Assembly (NCBI GenBank): GCA_004431415.1
Contig: QPMI01000289.1
Coordinates: 7,119-71,118, forward strand
Source: Cyanophora paradoxa CCMP329
Lineage: Eukaryota > Plantae > Glaucophyta
Direction: 5' to 3'
Length of the DNA stretch: 64,000 nucleotides
In this document: piece after piece, positions 50,753 to 59,439 of the stretch
Position numbering within the stretch: position 1 is the stretch's first letter
How the letters are laid out: every line of letters begins with the position of its first letter
The notes under the pieces: model-generated
What the model was told of the DNA's origin: nothing
Seen by the model: only the letters and a program-made list of their open reading frames with translations
Database searches by the model: none
Made by a program: the position numbers and the translations under genes

Positions 50753-52063
50753 AGGTACCTAGCCTAGTTGCTTCCAGGCTACTAGTAGCGCTCGGACAGT
50801 CCGGACTCCCGGGAGTCCGGATCCGGAGTCCGGACTCCGGATCCGGATTCCGGATCTGGACGACTCCAGGATCCGGATTGGAATTGCGGATCCGGATCCA
50901 GCTGGCATGGATCATCCTGCAGCGCATGTGCATTCGAATTCGGAATTTCGAATTCGGCCCCGGCCCCCGGATCGTACACATGGACCGTATATATACACTG
51001 GTACTAGTACATGGCAGTATGTATTACATGCACATGTTAACGTTGGGGTGGGGCTTGCGCGCATGCGGTCAAGCCCTTAATCCAGTTGCAATTGCAAGGT
51101 AAGGCCTCAAGTCCGCGCCCCGCGCGCGGCTCACTAGCTATAGGTCAATTGCAAGCCCTTGCCCCGCAGGGCTCAAGCCCTTCACCACCCTATGCACATG
51201 CACATGTTTATCGATCATGACTCAGTGATCCCGATCATGATCATGCGCATGCACATGCTTATAAGAAGTTAAGGCTTGCGCAAGGCTTGACGTACGTGCA
51301 CCGTTAATTCGAAATCATTCTTTTTTCACACACGCAATTTACATGTATAGATGTTTTTTCACAAGTAATTAAGACATGAAATTAAGACATGTCAAAAGAT
51401 CATCGAAGAGATCTATATACGGAGCCCCGACTCTCGAAGAGTTTCGCGACCAATGTTTCTGCGTGTACGGTGTACCGTACGCGTGTACGGTACGGTGTAC
51501 GGCGCGGCGGCGTAACGGCGCCAACGGGGCTGCGGATTTCGCATACCCAGGTGACGGAAAAAAGCCCAAGCGACCGAGAGGCTACTCGGGCGAGCGGCGA
51601 GCGCGCGCTAAGCCTAGGAGATCGCCTCGGCGAGCATATCAGCTAGTTATAAGTTATAACTGCAGCCTGCCGCCGCCACGCGTACGGCTCGTCGGCGCCG
51701 GCACCGTACCGTACCGGCCAGCGCCGCGGTCCCCGCGGCGAGAGCAGCTGGCCTTCGCAAACTCGACTCTTCGACTCTTTGCGACCTTGGAGTTTCTAGG
51801 GATAGGCACTGACGCGCCGAGCCGACCTCGCGAAGTCAGCACGGCCTTGAGCTTCTTCGAATTCCCGAAGAATACGCTGGCGACGGGTCTCTCGCCGCCG
51901 AGTCGCCAGATAGTCGGCGGCAGCCGGTTCAGCCCAGCATCAAATTGGCACGTCTGATCGCGCATTAAGCACCGCGCGGGCGCCAGTCGCGCTGTGTCTC
52001 GGTTGCCCGCGGCCAGCGATGGACGCCAGCCTTGCGGCGGCTGCGGGTTTAGGCGACCGTAAC

Positions 52064-53289
52064 ATGCCGATCGAGCAAGGAGACGAGACACACATCGACG
52101 AGCGCGGAGCGCCGGTGCATCGAGCACCGCTGGCGCGTCCGAAGCTGGAGCGCTGCGCCTTCGTACTCCTGGACCGTGGGCGAAACTCCGGTGCGAGCCC
52201 CGTGGGGTCTCTGTGCCTGCAAACTCGCGCGTTTACGAAAACGCCGCGTGCGATGTCCTGTTCGGCAGGCTTCCAGCCGGCGGCGACGGCGGCGGAGGAG
52301 GAGGCGTGCCTGGCGTACCACATTATCTCGTACCGGCAGCTGAAGCTGCAGCCGCGGGACCCCGAGGAGGCGGCGCTCTGGGCCAACCGGAGCATCCGCG
52401 TCTCCCTCGCCTACGCAGGTGCGAGCGCAGCGCCGACCCCCCCCCCCCCCCCCCCCCCCCCGGCCGACGGAAGCCTGCAGACGACGGGAGCCCGGTACTG
52501 CACGGGAGCGGCGTGCAGAGCCGGATGGAGGAAGGGGCGGCGTGCACGGACCTGCCCCTCCGCCACTACTCCGCCCCGCGCCACTTCGAGCGCGCCGCCG
52601 CCGTGCGCGCCTTCGAGCGTCGGGCGCCTGCGTCCTTTTGACAGCGGGGCGCGCGCAGTGCACGATGCCGCTGGACGAGACCGGCACATCGCTCCACAGC
52701 TTCTCCATCATCGCCGCCTCCGTGCGCCCCGCCCCGCCCCGCCCCGCCTCCGTCGCGGGCGGCGCCTGACATGGCCGACGGTGTGCAGCACCGCCACGCG
52801 GGCCGAGTCTTCCAGCTCCACCTCGTCGACGCCGACTCGGGCGCTCCTGTTCCCGGCCGCATCCTCATCCACACGCGCTCGCACGGTGCGCCCGCCGCCC
52901 GCCCGCTTGCCGCCGCCCCCGCCGGGCGGCGAGCGGGCGCGCGGCTGCAGCCTCGTGCTCGCCGGGCATCGTGGAGCTGCTGCACAGGACGTCGATCGCC
53001 TTCGCGGCGGCGCACGGGGCGGCGCCGCGTGCGCGCGGGGAAGCGGCGCTGCGGCAAGGCCGGCCGGCATCGGCGCGTGCGGGCGCACTCCTTCTCCTCG
53101 GACTCCTCCAGCTCCTCCCGCTCGGACACCGACGCCGAGGCCGACGCCGAGGGCGAGGGCGGGGGCGAGGGCGAGGGCGGGGGCGAGGGCGAGGGCGGGG
53201 GCGAGGGCGACTCGGTGCGCGGCCCAGACCGCCGCCGTGGTGGGGGAGGCCTGACGCGGGGGAAGGGTGCAGAGGGGGCGGCGGCGGGG
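52064..53289 (+). CDS. Hypothetical multi-exon host gene truncated at the AT-rich element
   Basis: Exons MPIEQGDETHIDERG.., EEEACLAYHIISYRQLKLQPRDPEEAALWANRSIRVSLAYA, DDGSPVLHGSG.., CTMPLDETGTSLHSFSIIAAS, HRHAGRVFQLHLVDADSG..ILIHTRSH and an acidic S/E/G-rich exon, separated by GTGCG..CTGAC..GCAG introns. No stop was found on this spliced path before the junction. Confidence 0.55.
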
Positions 53290-53575
53290 CACACATAGTA
53301 AAATGCGGAGTTTTAACCCTCGGCTTAATCTTAATTGATTTTGTTGATATATCTCGTATATTCTATTTCAATCAATCGATAATCTGTGTATATCTTATCG
53401 AATATTCATTTATTTCGATTATTTTGTATTCTTTTCGATATTTTATCGTAAATTTCTCTTATTTTCCGATTAGTCTTACTGAGTCTATCGATAATCTGTA
53501 TATATTTCCGAATAATATAACTGAATCTCAATTAGATCTTGCCTCTGGTTAAAACTCCGCATTTTACTATGTGTG
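53290..53575. repeat. Terminal hairpin-like structure: perfect 29-bp inverted repeat enclosing a 228-bp imperfectly self-complementary spacer
   Basis: CACACATAGTAAAATGCGGAGTTTTAACC (53290-53318) and its exact reverse complement at 53547-53575. Confidence 0.92.
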
Positions 53576-53827
53576 ATTGGTCTAAAAGTTAATTGATTTA
53601 ATCGATATTATATTCATGTACTTTCTCGATTAAATTTAATTAAATTTAATTCATTTAATCGGAAATATATCGCTTAACTCGATTAAGATCCATAAATGAT
53701 TCATTTGTTTAATAAAACAAATAGATCTCTTATTGAATCCAATCGTAATTATACATGAAACTTATATGATTTTATCATTGTTTTATTGAGTCTAAGGGGG
53801 GACCCTTAGGATTTTTGAAATAATTGG

Positions 53828-54147
53828 GTGTCACAGGTGTCACAGGTCCATCCCAAACTTTTGAAAATTCACTCTTTATAGGAGAAACTTTGGGATAAAC
53901 CTGTGACACCTGTGACACATACCATATTTAGTAAGGATCTCTTTTATAATGAAAAACTCAGTAATAATCTTATCTATGTATTTCTAATTAAATGAATAAA
54001 TGATTTAATCGAGTGTCACAGGTGTCACAGGTCCATCCCAAACTTTTGAAAATTCACTCTTTATAGGAGAAACTTTGGGATAAACCTGTGACACCTGTGA
54101 CACATACCATATTCAGTAAGGACCTCTTATATTGTGAAAATCTCAGT
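53828..54147. repeat. Two direct copies (185-bp period) of a 91-bp palindromic unit built from GTGTCACAG iterons
   Basis: GTGTCACAGGTGTCACAGG-tcc-ATCCCAAA...TTTGGGAT-aaa-CCTGTGACACCTGTGACAC at 53828-53918 and 54013-54103; similarity continues for about 45 bp downstream. Confidence 0.92.
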
Positions 54148-54543
54148 GTTAGTTGGTGTAGTTGATTCAAAAAATGCATTTTATACTCTGATTCATTGTT
54201 ATTTCCTGTGAAATTTGAGTCAACTCAACCCACTTAGTCAACCCTTGCATTGAATTCGTAACAAAATCCATATACTATCGATTAATATGAGTCAACCTTG
54301 AGTCCACTTTAATATAAATATTATATAATAGGGGGAATCAAGGGGAATGTTGAGTTTTACTGTAATGAAATCGAATAGTATTCCAATTACTTACAATAGA
54401 ATTCTATCGTAAAAAATGTCCGGAATCCGGAAAATAAACATTGTAGAAAGCTACTGTAGGAAAAGGATATATTATATCTTTTTGTAACAGTTGCTATTGT
54501 AAAACAAAAGGTAAATTACCTTGATTATCATTATAGAAACCCA

Positions 54544-54942
54544 TCAAAACGGGAATCTATCATGTTTATGTCTCTCAGTCTTCTCAAATGTGAGGAAATT
54601 CATTGTTTTATCGATCTCATCTGCAACTGCTTGTGTTTTATGCTGAGCTTCTTTACCACAACTGAATATATCAATTGCTAACATGCCTTCATTGGAATAA
54701 CAATGAGCTGTGCAATGGCTTTCATCTAATAGCAGAACCAATGCAAAACCAGGAGGTGATACTTTGCCATCAAATATTTCACAATGTTTATGAACAATCC
54801 TAATACCTTGTCTCAATACTGCTTGTTCAAGGGTTCCCATAATCCAATTACCTAGGAAGCTAACATGCTCATAACCTGTTGCTATAGCTGATTTAGCCTT
54901 GTAATCAAGCATAACATGAAAGCCTCTGTATTTAGTCTCCAT
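54544..54942 (-). CDS. speD: Pyruvoyl-dependent S-adenosylmethionine decarboxylase-family proenzyme (prokaryotic short form)
   Basis: 132 aa; G.H..LD N-terminus, GFALVLLLDESHCTAH (E-S autocleavage site) and LAIDIFSCG match the SpeD/SpeH pattern LxESHxxxH..xxxDxFTCG. Confidence 0.85.
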   Translation of the reverse strand: METKYRGFHVMLDYKAKSAIATGYEHVSFLGNWIMGTLEQAVLRQGIRIVHKHCEIFDGKVSPPGFALVLLLDESHCTAHCYSNEGMLAIDIFSCGKEAQHKTQAVADEIDKTMNFLTFEKTERHKHDRFPF

Positions 54943-54971
54943 TAAGAATACCTTAGAAAAATTAATTACAC

Positions 54972-55244
54972 CTAATCGAACCTAATGCAAACATCCCTAT
55001 ATTCCACAGTGATTGATGAAGTAGCCCTTTTCCTATAAGCCTGAGAATGCTTTTTGTTGCATTCCCTACATCCTGATCCCTTCACATGATTAAATGGATA
55101 TGTAAGGATCACCTTATTACACTGCAAACATCTAACAGATACTTTCTCTTGAGCTTTGATGTAATGTGTCTCACTGTAATCGAATTTATCTTTACCATGG
55201 ACTGTCATAGCAGCATCAATAAACTTTTTTGTTTTACTATCCAT
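54972..55244 (-). CDS. Small Zn-ribbon protein, DUF723 / homing-endonuclease-associated type
   Basis: FIDAAMTVHGKDKFDYSETHY....KVSVRCLQC....TYPFNHVKGSGCREC matches the FI..A..vHG.kyDYS..Y.....V.I.C..h.....P.nHl.G.GC..C repeat of phage and giant-virus proteins. No nuclease domain is attached. Confidence 0.7.
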   Translation of the reverse strand: MDSKTKKFIDAAMTVHGKDKFDYSETHYIKAQEKVSVRCLQCNKVILTYPFNHVKGSGCRECNKKHSQAYRKRATSSITVEYRDVCIRFD

Positions 55245-55266
55245 ACTCTATATATAACCAATATTC

Positions 55267-56100
55267 TTATGGAGCAGTATCCTGCCCAAAAATGGGGAAA
55301 TATCGATTTGTCCCATAGTATTCAGCATAGGTATTCTGCTTTGCAATAAAATCGGTTCTCTCTGCAAACATCACACACTTGTAGATACCAAACTTGGTGG
55401 CTCTCACAAGAAACTGATAGTCTTCCAAACCGAAATTGACTCCATGATAAGCAATTCCGAAATTATCATATGGGGTGATCACAACTGCAAAGTTGGGAGT
55501 TCCACCTTCAACTTGGCAAACAGCATATACATCTGGTGGGATATCAACAACCACCTTGTAGTGATCACCAATCTCAACAAGAGAGTCAACTACTGCTGTT
55601 TGTTCATTCACAACAATGGGGAATATCTTGATTATATAGGGGGCATTCATGCTGGGGACATAGGTTCGAATTCTTGTGTTGGGATCAATAGGATTGGGTT
55701 GATCATTCACAAATAGAGGCGCTCCAACAGCCCCACCAACCCTAAGACCATCACCAATATAAGCTCCCCCCGATTTGCAGTTAATAGCTCCCGACCTAGA
55801 TTCAAAAGAATAAGTAGACAGAGGATCTCCATAGCTATCTGGGTCTCCATAATGAGCAGAAAAGTTTGCATTTGTGACAAGTAGCTTAGTTGTCTTAACT
55901 ATTCCATTATTTTTATCACATCTGAGTTCCTGTAATCTCAGCTTGTGGGTGGAACCAAATGTATTCATTGTAGGTTGGACCTCTGTGGATTGGAGACCTT
56001 CCACATCATCAAAGGTAGCATGCTGTAAAACATGGTTTGCTGGTGCAGCTAATGAAAGCTGAGGTGTAATAATTCGTTCAAGTGGGGGTTGCTCAGCCAT
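55267..56100 (-). CDS. Fibre paralog 1 (277 aa): shared N-terminal module + phage-fibre-type C-terminal domain
   Basis: LAAPANH..H..D..GLQSTE..F....LRLQELRCDKNNGIVKTTKLLVTN..KSGGAYIGDGLRV; C-terminus VDIPPDV..NFAVVITPYDNFG..Y..FLV..CVMFAERTD. Confidence 0.7.
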   Translation of the reverse strand: MAEQPPLERIITPQLSLAAPANHVLQHATFDDVEGLQSTEVQPTMNTFGSTHKLRLQELRCDKNNGIVKTTKLLVTNANFSAHYGDPDSYGDPLSTYSFESRSGAINCKSGGAYIGDGLRVGGAVGAPLFVNDQPNPIDPNTRIRTYVPSMNAPYIIKIFPIVVNEQTAVVDSLVEIGDHYKVVVDIPPDVYAVCQVEGGTPNFAVVITPYDNFGIAYHGVNFGLEDYQFLVRATKFGIYKCVMFAERTDFIAKQNTYAEYYGTNRYFPIFGQDTAP

Positions 56101-56123
56101 TTTACATTAAAGGGATATATCTT

Positions 56124-56978
56124 TTATGGGGTGGGGTCATCGATTATATCTGGTTCCGAATAAAATCCTGTTGTGAATATATCAGCAACATTTACACCAC
56201 GAAGTGCTGATACAGCTGCTATATCTGTTCTCAGTCCCATAATCATAGTATTGTATACTCCCACCTCAGTGACAAACAGATCATAGGTAAATGTCAAATT
56301 GTTATAAACACAATATCCTCTGCCAAAATGGTTCGAAGCTTGAACAAAGAATAAGTAGTTGTGACCTGGTTGATTATTATTGGCTCTACACATGGAAAGC
56401 ATTGAAGTGGGAAGAGGAATATTTCTTCTTACTCGATCAGTTCCTGTAATGGAAACTAATTCCGAATTCTCAAGAGTTACAGAGGATGCAACATAGAAAT
56501 GCAAAAAAGGTTGCTGTGCAACAGGTGTGTAGAAACGAATTCGTTGTGGGTTCTCAGCATTTTGCTCTAGAGTATCTGGGACATCATTATACGAAATTGA
56601 GGATGAAAGTTGACCTGAAACTCTGCAGCCACCACCAATAAAAGCTCCTCCTGATCTCACAGTTACAGCAGCAGTGTTTTTATCATAATCAAGGGCTTTC
56701 AGATCAACACTGTAAGCATCTGGACCCCCATTAGTAGGTTGGAAGAAATTAGCATTAGTTACAAGGAGTCGAGTTGTTTTCACCACACCAGAATTCTTAT
56801 CAGCTCTCAGCTCTTTAACTCGAATAATCGAATTTTTGTCAAATGAGTTACCATTGGAATTGGGTCTCTCTGTGGATTCTAATCCACGAACCTCATCATT
56901 TACTTCATGCTGGCGAAAATGCATTGCAGGGGATCCAAGGGAATATATAGGCAGTTGAACTCGATTATATTCACCCAT
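56124..56978 (-). CDS. Fibre paralog 2 (284 aa from MGEYNRV)
   Basis: Same N-terminal module (IRVKELRADKNSGVVKTTRLLVTN; RSGGAFIGGGCRV). The C-terminus is related to paralog 1 (IPLP..FFVQASNHFGRGY..MIMGLRTD). Start placed at 56978 by alignment with the paralogs. Confidence 0.7.
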   Translation of the reverse strand: MGEYNRVQLPIYSLGSPAMHFRQHEVNDEVRGLESTERPNSNGNSFDKNSIIRVKELRADKNSGVVKTTRLLVTNANFFQPTNGGPDAYSVDLKALDYDKNTAAVTVRSGGAFIGGGCRVSGQLSSSISYNDVPDTLEQNAENPQRIRFYTPVAQQPFLHFYVASSVTLENSELVSITGTDRVRRNIPLPTSMLSMCRANNNQPGHNYLFFVQASNHFGRGYCVYNNLTFTYDLFVTEVGVYNTMIMGLRTDIAAVSALRGVNVADIFTTGFYSEPDIIDDPTP

Positions 56979-57013
56979 TGCTTCTTTTACTAAGAAGGAA
57001 AGAAAAATAATGT

Positions 57014-57280
57014 TCATTGTTCTTCTGTGATAATATTATATTCGATCGCTTTTTTCACAGTCCCCCTTTGGAATGCCTGTAAAACAATAGCTTCCTTTGA
57101 GGTTGGTATTTGGATACCAGCTGAGATGCAAGACTGTATCTCTTTCTGAACAATCTCATCAACAGCAATTCTGGCTCTGTTGTGGGCTGCATTGTCAATC
57201 CAATCCTGAACAGAAGCAGAGCAGTATTCCATTCCTAAATTTTCAGTATCTGTGAGGACTACTTGGTAGATATTCGACAT
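57014..57280 (-). CDS. 88-aa phage-type protein, putative fibre-associated or assembly factor
   Basis: Y.V.LTDTE...MEY......DWI.NAA.NRARIA.DEIV resembles small proteins I recall encoded next to C1q-like fibres in marine tailed phages (recognition from memory, not searched). Confidence 0.55.
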   Translation of the reverse strand: MSNIYQVVLTDTENLGMEYCSASVQDWIDNAAHNRARIAVDEIVQKEIQSCISAGIQIPTSKEAIVLQAFQRGTVKKAIEYNIITEEQ

Positions 57281-57301
57281 TCCTATTGTATGGTGAGAAA
57301 A

Positions 57302-58324
57302 TTAAACTATACTAATTAATTCACCTGAAAATCCTGTTTGGCTTGCATATGTAGCAACTGTATTTGTCACAAGGGTCACATATTCATTCACAGCAAGATT
57401 TAGAATGCAAGAGAAACTTAGAGGTTTATTTGTTAAGGTGCTGTTGTGGATCTGGGATATACTTAGACCCCCAGGATCTGCTCCATTCACTCTCAAAAAT
57501 AATTCGATAGGAGATGCTGTGGTTGAATATGAGAACACAGAAAAACGATAGTGTCCTGTAACAGGTGCTGTAAACCTTCCTGTTGATACACTGAATGAGT
57601 TTGTTGTGTTTATTCTGACTGTTGCCCAATTAATAAGAACAGCAGAGCTTGAGGCTGTGTGATTATATCCAAGTTGAACAGAAAACCTTGGCTGTGATAT
57701 TTGCTTGAGATAGCAGCCTGTGTTGAGTGTCAAACTATTGGATTCAAGTGAAGCAATGGTATAACTGTTGCGTTTTAGAAGTAGATTGACATCAGCCCCT
57801 GTATCAACCTCAGGTGTGATTATTTTGGTTGTAGCTGTGATAATAGACTGTGAAGCATTGGGTATTGAAACTCCTGCATTTGCAGTCACTAATCCAGTGA
57901 AAGTACTTGCTCCTGTTATACTTACCTGAGTTGCTGTAAGAGTTCCATCAACCCTTGCCCCATCTCCAATGTAAGCCCCTCCACTCTTGACAACAAGAGC
58001 TGAATTATTGCTTGTGTTGTCAAAATTTACTAGCTTTTGTGTGGTGAAACCACCCACATCATCATATATTGCGGAATCAGAAACAATCTGACCTGATTGG
58101 ACTTGGTTTTTATTCGAAACAATAAGACCTGTGGTTCTTACCCTACCTCCATTTCTATCACATCTTATTTCTTTGCATCTAATGACTGAGTTCTGAGAGA
58201 ATGAATCTGCCCCTGTAGTTTCTGTGCAAATAAACCCTGGTGTGGCATCTGACACAGCATGGTTCAATTGATGTAATTTGGGTGCAGCATAACAGAAAAC
58301 AGGAACTGCTATTTGAGTGGTCAT
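57302..58324 (-). CDS. Fibre paralog 3 (340 aa) with C-terminal C1q/TNF-like domain
   Basis: N-module IRCKEIRCDRNGGRVRTTGLIVSN, NSALVVKSGGAYIGDGARV; C1q signature PRFSV..INW..V.IN..NSFSVSTGRFTAPVTGHYRFS...LNLAVNEYVTL...FSGELI. Confidence 0.8.
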   Translation of the reverse strand: MTTQIAVPVFCYAAPKLHQLNHAVSDATPGFICTETTGADSFSQNSVIRCKEIRCDRNGGRVRTTGLIVSNKNQVQSGQIVSDSAIYDDVGGFTTQKLVNFDNTSNNSALVVKSGGAYIGDGARVDGTLTATQVSITGASTFTGLVTANAGVSIPNASQSIITATTKIITPEVDTGADVNLLLKRNSYTIASLESNSLTLNTGCYLKQISQPRFSVQLGYNHTASSSAVLINWATVRINTTNSFSVSTGRFTAPVTGHYRFSVFSYSTTASPIELFLRVNGADPGGLSISQIHNSTLTNKPLSFSCILNLAVNEYVTLVTNTVATYASQTGFSGELISIV

Positions 58325-58346
58325 TCTTTACATTATACTGACAAAA

Positions 58347-59420
58347 TTATGAGGAATCAATGAGCATGCATCCAAAAAAGAACCTGACATTCAAACCAGT
58401 TGCTCCAGTTACTGGGTTAGCATAGAGTTTGATGGAGTCATTAGCTATAAGGTTTACAACAGTTTCGAAACCGCTATTCGAATAAGATGATATATTTTGG
58501 GTAAAAGAATCAATTGTGGTGATTGTTCCATTTATTTGCAGAGATACTCTGCATGGATTGGTTTTACCTGTATTGGTTGCCCCATGATATAACACATGAT
58601 AGTTTCCTGATACAGGGGCTGTAAAACTTCCTGTTTCAGGGGCAAAATTGTTTCCATGATTGACTGTGACCCCAGTTGATAAGAATGTAACAACACCTGG
58701 CAGCATGGTAAAGTATGCATTAATATCTCCATTTGGTGCTTGCTTAGTTACAAAGAAACGAGGATGGCTATCTACTTTAAGATATTTACCTGTCAGAAAT
58801 GATATAGATCTTATTATGGTATTATTTGTTTGGGTTGTTTCTTCAAGACTAAACATATTACTACCATTTCTTTTATAGTTCATGTTTGCATTAGTCCCAT
58901 TGTCTATTTCAAGTGTTTGACCTCTTACAGTTGCTGTGAGAATTCCATACTGAATAGCTCCTGAAAGCCCACCATTGAGTGTCATCAAACCTGTAAATGA
59001 ACTTGTCCCACTCACATTTAATTGATTTGCTGTGACAGTGCCAACAACATTTGCCCCATCACCAATGTAGGCTCCTCCACTCTTGACAAGAAGAGCTGAA
59101 TTATTACTTGTGTTATTGAAAGTAACTATCTGTGCTGTGGTAAATCCACCTACATTATCATATACTGCTGAATCTGGGACAACTTGACCTGCTTGAACCT
59201 GATTTTTGTTCGAGATAATAATCCCTGTGGTTCTTATCTTGCCTCCATTTCGATCACATCGAATTTCTTTGACTCTGAGAATATTATTCTCTGTGAAAGA
59301 GGTATTACTTGAAGTTTCAGTGCAAATATTTCCGGGTGTTGAATCGAAGACTTCATGGGAGGTGCTATGCAGTGATTTGGCTGCAAGTTCATAGTTTGGG
59401 ATCTCTAAAAGAGAGGTCAT
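58347..59420 (-). CDS. Fibre paralog 4 (357 aa from MTSLLEIP) with C-terminal C1q/TNF-like domain
   Basis: N-module LRVKEIRCDRNGGKIRTTGIIISN, NSALLVKSGGAYIGDGANV; C1q signature NHGNNFAPETGSFTAPVSGNYHV..VNLIANDSIKL..FFGCMLI. Start set at 59420 because the upstream in-frame ATG overlaps the previous gene. Confidence 0.8.
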   Translation of the reverse strand: MTSLLEIPNYELAAKSLHSTSHEVFDSTPGNICTETSSNTSFTENNILRVKEIRCDRNGGKIRTTGIIISNKNQVQAGQVVPDSAVYDNVGGFTTAQIVTFNNTSNNSALLVKSGGAYIGDGANVVGTVTANQLNVSGTSSFTGLMTLNGGLSGAIQYGILTATVRGQTLEIDNGTNANMNYKRNGSNMFSLEETTQTNNTIIRSISFLTGKYLKVDSHPRFFVTKQAPNGDINAYFTMLPGVVTFLSTGVTVNHGNNFAPETGSFTAPVSGNYHVLYHGATNTGKTNPCRVSLQINGTITTIDSFTQNISSYSNSGFETVVNLIANDSIKLYANPVTGATGLNVRFFFGCMLIDSS

Positions 59421-59439
59421 CTTTATAATAAAGAAATAG

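Noticed and set aside
30751-50762. 14-bp near-inverted match CTAGGTAGCTGGCT / AGCCAGGTACCTAG bracketing the whole repeat region
   Set aside because: Short, overlaps the element end, has no TSD, and such words are common in this palindrome-rich genome.
59-53298. Hundreds of long Arg/Gly/Pro/Ala-rich ORFs in the six-frame track (for example 27291-29936, 27352-29754, 10998-13157)
   Set aside because: Expected from extreme GC content and stop-poor introns; real coding signal is confined to spliced exons.
53299-53552. Hydrophobic C-terminus of ORF 52971-53552 as a membrane protein
   Set aside because: Read-through from host DNA into the T-rich terminal hairpin; composition artefact.
53828-54103. 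Possible CRISPR array
   Set aside because: Only two long identical units with no series of unique spacers, and no cas genes.
55267-59420. Diversity-generating retroelement or invertase shufflon acting on the fibre genes
   Set aside because: No reverse transcriptase, adenine-specific TR/VR pair, invertase or inverted crossover sites seen; all paralogs are full-length and co-oriented.
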